DNA of 62,834 nt, counting the filler, from Perkinsus olseni (taxonomy: Eukaryota), in NCBI GenBank assembly GCA_013115125.1. It is 16 parts of 16 records of this genome, joined end to end, with 100 filler letters (N's around TTAATTAATTAA, not from the genome) between each part and the next. Parts side by side here need not be neighbours in the genome. Positions count along the whole stretch, not along the records: positions 1 to 3,908 come from JABANN010001337.1; positions 4,009 to 7,906 come from JABANN010001338.1; positions 8,007 to 11,898 come from JABANN010001339.1; positions 11,999 to 15,860 come from JABANN010001341.1; 12 more parts are not named here. One strand, 5' to 3'. Position 1 is the stretch's first letter. Each line of letters opens with the position of its first letter. Positions 1-13,707 of the stretch are shown here, piece after piece. The notes beneath the pieces were generated by a model that was given only the letters and a program-made list of their open reading frames with translations, was not told the origin of the DNA and ran no database searches. The translations under genes were made by a program, and so were the position numbers.

Positions 1-153
1 GAGTGGATGCGCGTTTGAAGTTGCCAAAGCAAGGGAGTGCTGCTTGGCGTGAAGCGAATCATGTCAGGACTGGTCTTGCCGTCTCGATTAGAAGAATCCT
101 CTCATGGATTTGCTGAGCCCTCAGCGGCAGACTGCCATGGTGTGGCCGTATAG

Positions 154-467
<314 letters not shown>

Positions 468-1094
468 GCGATGACGTATAGACGATTCCCGAATGGGACA
501 CAGTTGTTGATTCATCTGATTATTATTGAGTTCACAGTAGTACTATGATAGTACAGTGAGGCCCATTTTGATATGCAAATCGCGTTTCACCACGTAGAGG
601 CACGGTTGCATATCGGAATGGGACACTTGACACCCGCGCTCTCTAAATCGATGATACGGTCGATGAAGTGGCTGATCGATATATCAGTGGATCTCTCTCT
701 TCAATATAAGTAAGCTTAACTTTGACTTGTGAACTTTCCTGATGATCCTTTTCCGTAGACTAGCCTCCTGTAGAACAGTCTCGTCTGATGACCTCCACTC
801 GCGAACCTAACATCCTCGAGCGCTCGGTATTACCGGGTCGGTAAAGAACTACGGTTCTTTTGGGGATTCGAGTACGTACCAGGCGCAGACCAGCCACAGT
901 GAGTCCTGCGGCTATGGCCGCAGTATCTTGAAGACAAATGGATCGACTCCCGCGGAGGCTGTAGGGTCGCTCAAATCGTTACCAAGAAAACATTATGAGT
1001 CATAATTTATGACAAACTGACAAACGAAAGGTGGCTTGAGTTCACGCGTTTAGCAGAACCGCCTCCCTTTCGTCGAGGAAGATATACCGCGGTA

Positions 1095-1141
1095 GTACCG
1101 CGACAGTACTAGGATATAATATCCTAGTACTGTCGCGGTAC
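1095..1141. repeat. Perfect palindrome, 23-bp arms, 1-nt centre
   Basis: gtaccgcgacagtactaggatat-a-atatcctagtactgtcgcggtac. Confidence 0.95.
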
Positions 1142-2603
1142 GGTTATCCATCGGGAGGCATTGTCATGGTGCGCTTCAGCGAATCAGCTTTTGCATCACT
1201 CTTTTCTGGTCGGTCCAAAGTTTCTCGAGGGAACTTGTCCCGGAGTGAGTCTTTTCGAGGGACGTCCAAGATGAACAGCAATGTCTGCCGACCGCTCTAG
1301 GACCTCAGCTTCTGGCAGAGTGAGTCAGAAAAATCATCACTCCGAGACCTAGGTCGCGTTTTCTTGTATTATACGAGATGATGAGCTACAAGAACTCATC
1401 ACTCAGAGAGGCTAGTTTGTGTTGCGCTACGACTCGTAGCCTACGAGTGTGAATCATCAGTAGTGGGCACCAATAATGTACTGTACTTCACTCAGAGAGG
1501 CTAATGTTAGTGCACAGCAGCAACGAATTAACTTGGTCTGGGACGGTGGGTTCAACTATAGCACCCAGGGTGACAGGGACGCAAGGCAAGCGGTCCCACT
1601 GGGACCTCGATCAACCTCCATAAGAGCAAACCAAACAGATATTTTAAAACGAGTAGCTCATATCCACCGTGGTCATCATGAGCCATCAACTGATCACCAC
1701 CAACTCATCAAGAGTTGGAGTCTCCAACTTGGACGACTGTGTTCGTTTCCAGATCGACCGGCGAGGATGCCAGATCAGGCAGCCGCCCATGTATACCGGG
1801 TCAGCCGGGCCGTTCCGCAGCCTTTTTTACGAAATTCCCCTCAGTAACCGTTGGCGCCTCAGCAATTTGACCTAAGCTTGAAACCCCACCCGAGTTGGAC
1901 CACCTCGGAACTCTCACAACTTTTAAGTTAAAAGCCTGGTCTTCGCTACTATCGCTAGGAGACAGGCTGCCTGTTCCTGCTTATGCGTGCAGAGTAGTCT
2001 GGACAATGTCCAGTGGACATTAGCTTTGTCACGTAGAATTGCCTTGAGTGGACAAAATAGACACGCGTTTGTACCATGAGATACTAGTAATGTCACACTA
2101 CGGGACAACAGGCGCTAGTGTCTCGGATTAACGGCTCTGATGATTAGCTTGATAGTAATCAGTGGTCCACACCAGCCAGGGCACTGAGAATGCATGTGAA
2201 GTTCACAATGTGAACCTGTGTATCCTGCCTTGGAGTTGTGACGTATCGCCCTCGTGCTCCACTCAACATTTGGAGATAAATGCAATACCTTGGGCGTGCA
2301 GCTAGCAAAACTGGCTCTTCCCCGAGAATCCACGCGCGCGCAAGCCTCGAGCTAAGCTTAGGATACAGACTGTATCCTCGGCTTATCACAAATCATTAAG
2401 TCCAAGAGGTTGGATGTTTGATTTACCAAGCGAAAGAATTTGTCAGCTTGTTTCGCTGGCTTCGCCTCTGGGGCCTCTCTATGATAGGGGCCCAATCCAA
2501 GAATACAACTCCCGTACGGATAGGCATTCCGTTGATGCGCTTGGACTGTCGTCCCTAGCTGGACTTTCCCGGATCACTCACTGCTCTTGAGCAACCAAGC
2601 CCA

Positions 2604-3908
2604 GTGATGTTTGACCTGCGTTGGGCAGGAGGTTTCTCGTCGTGCCGCATGTTGGCCCCTACCACTCTGCTATTTATCTACATCCTCTGCTCCGGTACAC
2701 CTTCGGGTGCGGAAGAGTGTACCTCTACGGAGTTCTATAAGGAGCTTTATACCCCATGGGATTACAAGCAGACGCCTTGGTCTGACGGGTGTCCCACGCA
2801 TGGCAACTATACCTGGGATTACTACTTCAATTACACCCTGGACATGGGTGTTAGAAACTATAGGCTTCTCTGTTACATTATTAGCCGTGAAAGCGTACTG
2901 AGGACTTGGGATTTCTTTGGACCTCCCTGGGACAAACATGGGTTCATGTCTTTCAGGAGGCGAGTGAATAGCCAAGGCGGCAGAATACTGGCCGACTTGC
3001 AGAACTTCGAGTTCTCATCTCCTCATAGGGAGGGAACGTTCAACAAGGCAGTCTTCGTCGAGAGTGTTGAGAATTTCACCAAGGACTATCCCGTCGATGG
3101 CTTCGTTTTTGGCTTGCCGTTACGGGACCCTAAATACTGGAAGACTGGCACCATTCAGGCCATAAAGGAGTGTTTTGAAGCTATCAAGGAGCTAAAGTTG
3201 GTTAGCGGATCCAGGTGAGACGGACTGTCGGGCTTCGGAACTGAGGGATGGCAGGCGCTGTGTCTTCTTGAACTCTATCCCCAAGATCGCTCGAGTCCGT
3301 GTCTAAAGCATTTCCAGCTACGCTGTCAGTTTCTCATCGATACCTTCGCATAGGGTAGAGGCCGCCGCATTGGGAAATATCGCGGATCTCAACTTCGTCG
3401 ATCTAGCCCCGTCTGACCCGGACTTCATCACAGATTGTTATGCTAAGAGGGCCATAAAGAACGCCACTTTGGCAGGCGTGAAGAAGTAAACTATCGTCCT
3501 TGGCGTAAGTGGCTGCGTCGGCTTAGGAGACGACGGATTCTAGGTCCATTATTATTGTCGATCGTATCTTCTGGAACGCTGGAAACCCGAACTCATTGAG
3601 CCAAAGACAAGATTTTAGGCTTTCGCTCAACGAGTCATTGGGCGAATGACACTATCTGAGCCATTGTATTCGACAGTAGAATTTCAACTGCTGTGATGGA
3701 AGCATCTTCCTCTCAGATATCGGTCTCAGCCTACCCCCGAGTTCAAGTATATTCGACCGCAATACTCGATGATCATGGGGATCCCAAGGGCGACGGTGTG
3801 ATCAAATTATCGGGTGGAAACATCTACTTCAATTCTCAAAAGCGTGCTACAGACAAGCTCTTGCTGGCAGAGAGGTTTGGACTACATGGCATTTCTCTTT
3901 GGGGGGGG
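2604..3908 (+). pseudogene. Secreted GH18 chitinase-like protein, non-catalytic, multi-exon, with in-frame stop; 3' truncated by gap
   Basis: Signal peptide; ENFTKDYPVDGFVFGLP at the position of GH18 FDGxDxDxE; middle exon AGVKK*TIVLG (TAA 3487-3489) matches GH18 GVPxxKLVLG; last exon YFNSQKRATDKLLLAERFGLHGISLW matches GH18 ..K..ya...gLgG..iW. Confidence 0.6.
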
Positions 3909-4008
3909 NNNNNNNNNNNNNNNNNNNNNNNNNNNNNNNNNNNNNNNNNNNNTTAATTAATTAANNNNNNNNNNNNNNNNNNNNNNNNNNNNNNNNNNNN
4001 NNNNNNNN
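3909..4008. other. Artificial contig linker N44-TTAATTAATTAA-N44 (first of 15; others start at 7907, 11899, 15861, 19823, 23766, 27709, 31642, 35565, 39488, 43398, 47292, 51186, 55072, 58957)
   Basis: Identical 100-nt spacers with stops in all six frames; intervening contig lengths decrease monotonically. Confidence 0.99.
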
Positions 4009-4211
4009 TTGGGAAAGGGAAATATCCGGGAAATTCCCTTTCCCGGAAATACTCAGAGTTTTTCCCAGTTTGGGCAAACCCGCAGTTCAATTATTGAACT
4101 GCCCCACTGGAGCTTTCGACGCGACAGCCAGCGAGAGCACACCGATACATCATCAGACACGCGGTATGAGAACAACATGAAATCAGTGCAGAGAGATAGA
4201 ACCCACGGACC

Positions 4212-5205
4212 TCAGTCGTCTGTTGACCTCCCGATGCAACGTCGGAAGGCTCCGGCAACTCCTGACCGCTGTCGACCTCCCCGCTTACACCGAGGCGCGC
4301 GACTCTTCAGCCACGACTCTACAGATGCGAGCTTATTAACGACGGGCCCCTTGGGAGTCCTCAGACCGACAATCCCGGCATCATAATCGACATGGATATC
4401 ATGCTCCACGAAGAAGGCTCTGCCCAAAACGAATGCATGCGAAGAACAGTAAGACTTCACTCCATCAACTAGTAAGAGTCGACACCAGCTCCCTTCACAA
4501 ACTCGCACATGATCAGCTAGCAGCACCTCAAAAGTGAAGTTCACGTCAACTTCCACGACCCCACGGTGGCTTCACAAGGGAGAATATAGCCGTGCAATTC
4601 GCCTGTCCTGTGGCCCCGCCGAGCACAATGTGGCCACCTATCCCAACAGAAAACTCCGACACATGGATGGAGAATGCGAGATGAGGTATCTCCCCGGCCT
4701 TCACGAGTTGCTTGAGGAAGGAAGGCGTCTCAATCTCAGCTTCAGGCTTCAGTGGAGGGGGGCTGAGCCCGAGCAGAGCATACGGTTGAACACCGTCATC
4801 CGTGCGCGAGCTTCCAACCAGCAGAGCTACGCGCAAGCTGCTGATATCTCGTTCGCCTACCTTCAATGTCACATTTCGATAGACAAACTTGACGACCTCT
4901 CCGTCTGCGTACCTTAACTTTTCTACCTTCTGAGCCAGCAAGGTGTCGAGATCACACGGGTCGGTTGGAGGGCAGAAGTAGCAACCCGAGATGAGGTATT
5001 TGCAGGAACCACGGCCGTAGAGACTTTCATACCAACCACCGTACACTAGATATGTTATATGACTAGCAGTGTCGACATCAAAATTGATCAGATGCCCATC
5101 AAAGTTCATTTTCACTGTGTTGCTCTTCATTGACAGCGACAGTGGCGCAGAAGCGGACGCCAACTCCCACAAAACAGCGGAGTGGAGGAGAACCGTTGTG
5201 AGCAT
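4212..5205 (-). pseudogene. Pepsin-like (A1) aspartic protease, frameshifted and apparently internally deleted
   Basis: Signal peptide MLTTVLLHSAVLWELASA (ATG 5205); FDVDTASHITYL (first Asp motif), YADG flap, ALLGLS, FSIHV..GHIVLGG; frame change near 4550 to C-terminal FVLGRAFFVEHDIHVDYDAGIVGL. No second DTG motif seen. Confidence 0.7.
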
Positions 5206-5451
5206 TGAAAGTGGGGAAAGCCTGAAGTAACTCAACCGTATGCTGCTGCCCCTATTGTGCCTTCTAGACTTAGCTGCACCTTCCCTACTTGTGGGAGGAA
5301 CTCTGACAGTTGTATGAGCGTGCAACAGTTGCACCGCAACTAAACTTCAGACGGATTCCGTCTGAAGCTAAACTCCTTCAAACTCCTTAACAGCGAGTTG
5401 ATACTCTTCTCGCTAACTGTCGATTTCAGCAGAATAATTTTGCTCCTCTGT

Positions 5452-5940
5452 TTACCTCTCTTCAGTCAGCACAGATTCACTTCTTGTTAGCGACGTCATT
5501 TTTCTTACATGGAAGAAAAAAAGCGTATCGTACTGGGAGCCACTGGGAGGCTCTGGATGAGTCAAGCGATAGGCCGTAGACCCGCCATCACTTTCTGTCG
5601 TATCGCTGTAGTCAATGTCTGTCTGTCGCCATTCGTCCACCTTGCATAAATCTGGGCTCGCTACTCCGCCGACCGTACCCCCTCCCCTTCCATCTGCCTC
5701 CTTGTTAAAGACGCACTGCTCACTGATGTACTGAATCTCGTCTGGTCGGTGTGGATGGGCCAGAGCCCCGTGTCGCGAGATCGTCGTTATTTCATCTCTC
5801 CAGATGTATATACAGTGAGCAAGCAGCTCATTGAAGTAATGACAGTAATACCCTTGCTTCCCAAAGAAGAAGCTCCTACCGGGGGTTGGTTGACCCAACC
5901 AGACAAGTGATACTCCAATGGTCAGAGAGTTGTTGGTCAT
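5452..5940 (-). CDS. Lineage-specific putative secreted Cys-containing protein, paralogue of 12858-13707
   Basis: ATG 5940 MTNNSLTIGVSLVWLG; YYCHYFNELLAHCI..TISRHGALAHPHRPDEIQYISEQC aligns by eye with the 12858 ORF. Confidence 0.55.
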   Translation of the reverse strand: MTNNSLTIGVSLVWLGQPTPGRSFFFGKQGYYCHYFNELLAHCIYIWRDEITTISRHGALAHPHRPDEIQYISEQCVFNKEADGRGGGTVGGVASPDLCKVDEWRQTDIDYSDTTESDGGSTAYRLTHPEPPSGSQYDTLFFFHVRKMTSLTRSESVLTEER

Positions 5941-8006
5941 TCGCAAAGGACTCCAACAAGGACACCGTATGTCCTCAAAGAAGCTTCGCATCAGATGCAG
6001 TTCCCCGCGATGGGGACCCCATCCGTGTCCGAAACTCCGGACCAGGGTCCCTGGCCATAGACGATTAGCGAGTGCGCGATGATCCAGGATGCTTATAGAA
6101 TGCTTGCTGATCACGAGTACTCAACCCCACCCCGCTCAAGTTCAAAATGCTAGTGGGATGGCGAACTTTCAGCGGAGAGAGCCGAACTTTTCGTGGAGTC
6201 CCCTCCTCGCTAGACTCTTGCGAAGGTGTGCTTATCGACTCCTTCAGGTGCTTAGTATTGATGGAAGCTCGAATGAGTGACGGAATCGATATTTTCGAGC
6301 GCCCAATGGGCACCACACATGTCTCGGGAAGAGAGGCAGCTGTGTGGTCGCCTGCGTTATTAGTGATGACACCATGAGCAGGTTGCGAGCCATGAGCCTC
6401 ATCGATATGAACAAAAGTTGCGTCACGCTCTTTTGCTCATTGTTTTTTAACCACTTTCTCACCGTGGTTGTGTTGAGTTCCCCCAGTGGGCCGGCTACTG
6501 GCAGTGATCTGCCTTGAGAAGAACCAGCGGGGGTGAAATTCCTCCCGCAGAGGTGTAGAGCGCGCACAGGTGTACGCAACGATTGGAGTCCACACGGAGG
6601 AAGGTGCTTCAAGCTACAGCTAGCTCTCTTCATTCGAAAAGAAGAGTTCGATGTATCAAGTATGATGTAACTCGCGGATGGACGCTCGAAACAGCCCTCC
6701 GCTCCCTGACTGTGCAGGTAGGGTACCACAATTTGCTGCCTCGGTCCTAATTGGACACGGAGTCTGGCATTTTCTGTGGTGCCCTACTGAATAATGACTG
6801 ACAGGTCGTCATCAGTAGTTCGAGGTGAGAGGCTACCAGGTATAGCAGTTTCAATACACTAGCTCTGTCAGCGGCTATTCACACCCCCAATCTCTGCATC
6901 ATGGGAATTTCACGTACCCAACCGCTCCGTGCGAGGAACACATGACCGACACGAACTCTTCTTGACCGTCTGGAAACTCACGGGTTGCATGAGCTTGAGG
7001 ATAGCATGTCGAGCCTAGGGCAGCCAGGCCACTGCAACGACTACAACAACCTACGTAAGGGTAGATCGAGCTCCGTTCGTTGATGTGTTCAAGACACAAG
7101 TTGAGTTCAATGCTTGACAATTTTCCAATTTCTGCGTAACAGACGAGCGATTCCTTTCTTCAGTTCGTGCTTGGCGAGGTTCACCAAATACAATGTGTTT
7201 AACGCATCAACCAACGACGCCGTCATTATGACGGTGAGCAGGTCTATTAATCGATGAGTTACTCACCTACTGTACGCGCGCAGCCATCACTACTGCGACA
7301 TGCGTAGTACTGCTAAATTCATCCTTTTATGCGCACTATTCTTGATCGAGTCCTACGCGAGGAATATTGAACACCCTATCGAGAACGATCGCGGTCGAAA
7401 GTGGCAACTCACGCCTCCAGAGGTTACATGGGCGCCAGCGATGCTCTTTCTGGGTTGATATCGCCATCACAATAGAGGTTTCGTGACGAAGAGGTGTCGA
7501 TGAGTCTGCCCGAGGCCTTCTGTGTTCGCGCATTTGATGCGACAGCTTGAGCTGAGTGTAATGCTCATATCGCTGATCCTGTCTTGCTCTTGATCGGAGC
7601 CTCTGATGAGGAGCTACACTGAATATAAGCTAAGTGGCGGATGACAAGAAAACAGCGGATAAGAAATCGGATTCCGGATGGCAAAACCCGGGTATTGTGT
7701 TCTCAATCAGGCAGATCCCCAAGGGGAGAAGGTAAGGGCCGCTAAAAGAATGTTTCCCTCGAGAGTAGAAAATGCTCAATGTTATTAGTGACGGCGGGAG
7801 CTCGTGTACGCGTTTACCGGAGACACCTGCACACTGTAATCCAGGGAACACAATACCCAGATATAGGAGAGGTTAATCTCAATTGATTATCCAATCTCAA
7901 TCAATCNNNNNNNNNNNNNNNNNNNNNNNNNNNNNNNNNNNNNNNNNNNNTTAATTAATTAANNNNNNNNNNNNNNNNNNNNNNNNNNNNNNNNNNNNNN
8001 NNNNNN

Positions 8007-8040
<34 letters not shown>

Positions 8041-9214
8041 CTTGTTGTTGTTGTTGTTGATACACTGTATTATGATGTATATCACCATATTCTCCATCAT
8101 GTTCTCTATTATTCCTATCCTCATCATTATCACTGTGATCAGAATATGATGACGACGGCTCTTCATCGGAGTTAATGATGACTTCGCCGGATGCTCTTCC
8201 ATGTGATGTATCTACAACACATAGTTGCATGATAACAATCATATTGTGTTCGTGACAGTAGTGAATAGTATTTACAGTATATACAGTCTTGTTGAATCTT
8301 ATTATTATTACTACTACCAGGATAAACAACATTATAGTTGATGATCCTAGAGCCCTTCCTATAATGGGGTCTGGCGAAGACTAAGGGTGATATCAGCATT
8401 GGAGTAGGGCTAGTAATGGTATCTAAATAAATATGGGATGATGACGATGATGATGATGCTGTAACTAATACTACTATAGCAAGAACTGTTAGGGTGGAGA
8501 ACTACTAGTACTACCTTCATGGTTTGAATGATAATAATAATAATCATCTTCACCCCATGCACCATAACCCTTCAATAATATATACGCCCAACGTACATCG
8601 GTGAGTGAGAGTATCTAATATAATAATATATGACGAGTAAAGATGAAGTATGATGGCGTCCTACTCCATCAACACTTTTATCATTCTTATTGCTACTGCT
8701 GCTGGTCACAGTAGACTCATCACTACTCCTCTCTGCGGCACTAATACCATCATCATCAGCTGTTGATGATGATGATGATGCTGCTGTTGGTAGGACTTCA
8801 CGAACATCCTCATTATATGTGTATAACAACCAACGAAGGGCTTCATTACAGATAGTATCCCCCTGAAGGGTAATACCCATTATGAGCAGATTCACCACCA
8901 TCCTTGTAGTACCTCCTGTAACCAGCCTTCCATACTTGTACCATTAGTTACTGCCATGAACTGATGTGGTGAAGATGATGAAGAGAATAGACCCCTCTGT
9001 TCTATCCATGTATTATCCGGTAGATCTCCAACTCCAATCTACATACGGGATTATTGGTCATAGCAGTAATAGATTAGACATGATGAGTAGTATTAGTAGT
9101 AGTAGCACTACTTACAACCTTCCACAATGCCCTGTGCACCGAATTAGGTAGTCTCGATTCATATACTATAGCGCATACTACGGCTGCTACTGGACTAAGG
9201 CCCTACTCATAAAC

Positions 9215-9258
<44 letters not shown>

Positions 9259-9270
9259 ACGATGGGTGTG

Positions 9271-9303
<33 letters not shown>

Positions 9304-9739
9304 CTTCATGAATAGCTGCTGCTGCTATATGATGATGAGGTGATATAGTAAGTTGTGGGCTTATCCTACCAATAGATACCCCTCCAGATGATGATGACGC
9401 TGCTGCTGTTCTACTATCATAATCATCATTCACTGGTATGTCTACCGTAGCACGTAGACCAATACCTGTTGATGATTATGATGATTAGTATAACAGTACT
9501 ACTGGAGATCATCATTGTTGTTGTTATTATTACCATCAGGGAATTCACCAACAGCCAAGGAGATATTGTTATCACTGACTTGATCGGTTCCCCTCTGTTG
9601 TTGCTGTTGGGCGTTGATGACACTCTCCTCTTCAGCATCAGCATCAGCATCCTCATCATTATCTTGGAAATGTATTAAATCATGCCATGCTTGCCGATAG
9701 AGTTGTAGACGGGATAATACCGGTGGGGACTTCAATAGC

Positions 9740-9771
<32 letters not shown>

Positions 9772-10668
9772 GCTGAAGATGGACGATGATGATGATGATG
9801 ATGATGATAACTACTGCAGGTGTGGATATCGTATTAAGTAGCATCACCGTGGTCCTGTGGTATTTATAGTAGTATTATCATAGTTGATGAACTTCGATGA
9901 TGAGGTATTGAGATTCCGATGATGATGATGATGATTCGGATTATTGTCGAATGTTCTCCCATCATCATCATCATTCGTTCCTTCATCTGTAGTGTAACCC
10001 AATATATGCCAAAGATATGACGATGGATTATGATGATGATGAGGTTGGACTGGAAAGCCTTCTACTCTCACTACTACAGGCATCACCACCATCATCATCA
10101 TCATATACCTGAATAATCATAACCTTGCACACGCTACTGCTGTTGTTGTTGTTGTTGCTTCCCTTACCAGAATGCAAATGTGCGTAGAGTAAGCATCGAC
10201 CATACTCTAGTACGACGAGGAGGATGTCGTGGTAGATGATGGGATGAGAGGTAGACGATGCTGCTCATGACACTACTATCATCACTACGAATATCAACAC
10301 TACTACTAACACTGGTATGAATTATTCTTAACCGATAAGTTGTAACGGTAATGGTAACGGGAAGAGGTATAACTATTCACAAGTAAGGTGGCGGCAATGG
10401 TGATGACTATATTCAACAATGAGTATTAGCTATTATAATGATAGGGTATCTCTATCAGGTCCACTACTAAATGAAGACAGTAATGGTAATAACAATAGTC
10501 CAGAGGTGATAAATGAATATTCCGCTTACAACTAGGAAGAGGAGGAGGAGCATGACCAAGATAAAGAAGACGACAGGGTGGTTGTTGTTGTTAAAGCATC
10601 ATAACCTTCTTGTTTCTTCTTCTCCTAGTGTTGTTGTTGTATGCTCTCTCCTTCACTCCTCCTCCTGC

Positions 10669-10742
<74 letters not shown>

Positions 10743-11827
10743 GACATTGTTTGACTCTCATGGCCACAATAACAGTTTCCAAATGATTGATGCGTTCATT
10801 AAGATTCCTAATCACTAGTTTAGATCGTCTGTCTATCTCTTCACCATTACGTTGTACGTATATAACCTAATAATGAATACACTACTACTACTACCACTCC
10901 TTCATGTTCATATCATGATTATTATTACCTGCCGCAATGCATCAACTAGTTGATCTTCAATTCTCTCGCCACCTTCAACAGCTTTCCGTTGACACTGTTT
11001 CAATACTTCCTCACGTTCGAGCATCACCGGCTGAGTAACAACACCAACAATTGACATCTCTGTCGTGGCGGCTGCTGCTGCAGCCACAGACGTACATCGT
11101 AATCATCCAATGATGAGGATGATGATGCATCGTCATCTTCATCACTAATTGGTGATGAGGATGATCTATTGGTATTATTATTATAGTTCCTCTTAGTGTT
11201 GTTGTTCTTGTTGCGGCTTCTGTGCATTAGATAACCTCTGTATGATGATGACGATGTTCTTGATCTCATCTCTGAGGCAGCAAGTCCCTATCATTATCAT
11301 CATTACGTCCCTACCACTACTACTACCAGATGAGAATGCATTTAACTGTGTTAAGTCAGTGAGCCTATCCTTCAATGAGGTTATGTGCTCCTTCAACATT
11401 GTTATCTCCTCCAGGTCTGCATCATCATCGTTATTCCCATCATTGTCACCTTATTGTCAATAATAACAATTGCAGCATATTAACAAGGAATGGTGTTGTT
11501 GTTGTTGATAATACGACTATTACCCCCACTCTTCCCTGATCCTCCTCTTGTTCTTGTTCTTGTTGTTGTAGTAGTAGTTATTGATAGCAACTTAGCATTG
11601 TCTATGCATGCCTCTGTACATATATCCAATAAGGATCGTACCAGACCAGGTAGTATAGCAAACTAAACAACTGAAACCTTTCACTGCTGGTGGTAGAGGC
11701 AGTTGTAGTATGGCAGTAGTACCATATGATATATCTCCTGCACATCATCACTCACCCACCTCCTGATCATCTCAGGTAGTTGTTCATTCAAAGATGATGA
11801 TGATGTTGTAGGAGGGGGAGGAGGAGG

Positions 11828-11898
<71 letters not shown>
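8007..11898 (-). CDS. Fragment(s) of AT-rich, low-complexity multi-exon gene(s) with poly-Q/S/D/H tracts; product and exon limits unknown
   Basis: Several minus-strand ORF pieces with coiled-coil-like stretches (LKEHITSLKDRLTDLTQLN, IRNLNERINHLETV) interspersed with microsatellite-filled introns. Confidence 0.3.
10668..10743. repeat. (TTG)n microsatellite (poly-Q on minus strand)
   Basis: About 25 perfect units; similar tracts end contigs at 11827-11898 (GTT), 23694-23765 (ATT) and 55003-55071 (ACA). Confidence 0.95.
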
Positions 11899-12857
11899 NN
11901 NNNNNNNNNNNNNNNNNNNNNNNNNNNNNNNNNNNNNNNNNNTTAATTAATTAANNNNNNNNNNNNNNNNNNNNNNNNNNNNNNNNNNNNNNNNNNNNCT
12001 TATTCAAGTTAGCCTTTTTCTTGAGACCTTAATGGCACTGAGTTCAGTCCAGGGCGGCTTACCCCCAACAGACGGGTTAGCCAGTCGATATTCAAGTTCG
12101 GAGGCGTTGGAAATCAACGGGCCTTCCCGGAGGTGAATGGTCAAACCGAAGACCGCCGATGGAAACAGCGCAGACGCGATGCGGAAGAGGCGACCGAGGC
12201 TGTTAACAGTCATGAGGATGGTGGCAGCTATAGCGTTGACGATGAGGAATCTGTAGGGGCCCCGGGGCGCTCGAGATAGATACCCGCGCGAAAGATCGGA
12301 TGCGAATCGATTGGAAAGGCAATGAGCTCGTGCGGCCGCCGTTGTTGGGATCGCTAAGGCCTCTACAGAAATCGGCCTAAGATCCTTAGGCTGAGAAGCG
12401 ATAATCTAATTCATCTGTCGACTGGCGGATTTCGGGGCTGGAAACCATGAAGGAAGAAAGCAGAAGTACAATACGATTCGATTATTACCCTTAAGGGGAT
12501 GAGCCGTGGCTACCTCATCACCAGCCTGAACCATATATACTCGGAGACTTGTTTGTCTGATTGCTAACCTGATGGTAGATTAGCGACCCAACCGGGCACC
12601 ATGCTCGCTTTGAGTCTCGCCTGCGCCCTCACCAGTCGTTGTCGTGAAGCAACGGAGCGACTTGGTGTCATGTGCTCGGTTGCTAAAGCTCGCGTTCGCT
12701 CAATGTCTTTGCCGAACAACGCAGCTGGCAGTCTGCAAACAGTCACTATTGAGGGAACGGATGCTTCCGGAATCCCGAAGTTTGATAGCAATCCCGGCCG
12801 GAAGCATGGTAAGCAGGCCCTGGTTTGATAGTGCTCATCTTTTAGTCTTTTTTACAA

Positions 12858-13707
12858 ATGAGAATCCATCTCGTAGCCGTCGGTATAACACTGGTTGGAT
12901 TGGTTAAGGCTGAATATAAGTACTACTGTGAATTCACGGAGGCTCTGCTCGCGCAGTGTATTGGTAGACGTAAAGGAGATCTGGTAGATACTCTGTCACA
13001 GCATGGTGCCTTGACTCATCCAGATCATCCGAATGAAGTTCGGTATGTTAGCGACGTTTGCCACATAAAGGACATCCCTACCAATTCCGCGAGTGGTTCC
13101 CTTCATGTGATGTCCCGCCCGAAATGTACGATTGAAACAGAGATTGGTGTCGGAGCCCCGAAATTACAATATATCATATGAAAGGCAGAGGGGGATTACC
13201 TTCTCTTATATTACAAGCTTCAAAATCAATTTTATACCTGCATACTACTATCTCACCAATGAGCTTACGGGAATGGATAATTTATTCTATAAGCTAAAGC
13301 CGATTGCCCTGCTGTATCCTCAGCTGCAGAGTGCCCTATCCACGCTAGAAAGTGTGGGCCACAGTCGCCAGGCGACTTTCGTGAGCCACGGGCCCAGGTA
13401 TTGGATGGCAAACATCACCGAAGAGCTTAGCCCTGATGGTCCTCGTTGGCAATTTGAGTTCCAAATGCGAACGGAGGGTGGTACGTTGAAGGATTGGGCC
13501 GTGGTGAAGACTGTTGACCATGTTATGAAGCTCGAGACAACATCGGGCCACAACGATGGCGACGCTCCTGTGCGAGCGGAAGCATTCGTCTTTCGATTCT
13601 CATGCAAGGAAATACCGCATACTGCGGTCATGGTCACTCACGACGACGCACCCGTCATCCTATTCCATATAGGTATGCGGCCCAGGCGTTTATCTGAATT
13701 CGGGTGA
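12858..13707 (+). CDS. Lineage-specific secreted protein with a frameshift near 13150-13180 (pseudogene or sequencing error)
   Basis: Signal peptide MRIHLVAVGITLVGLVKA; YYCEFTEALLAQCI..TLSQHGALTHPDHPNEVRYVSDVC; continues in overlapping ORF 13132-13707. Confidence 0.55.

Noticed and set aside
3596-3608. TTTGGCTCAA (minus strand) resembling the 3' end of the dinoflagellate/Perkinsus spliced leader
   Set aside because: Only about 10 nt match inside an intron; no full SL found in the window by eye.
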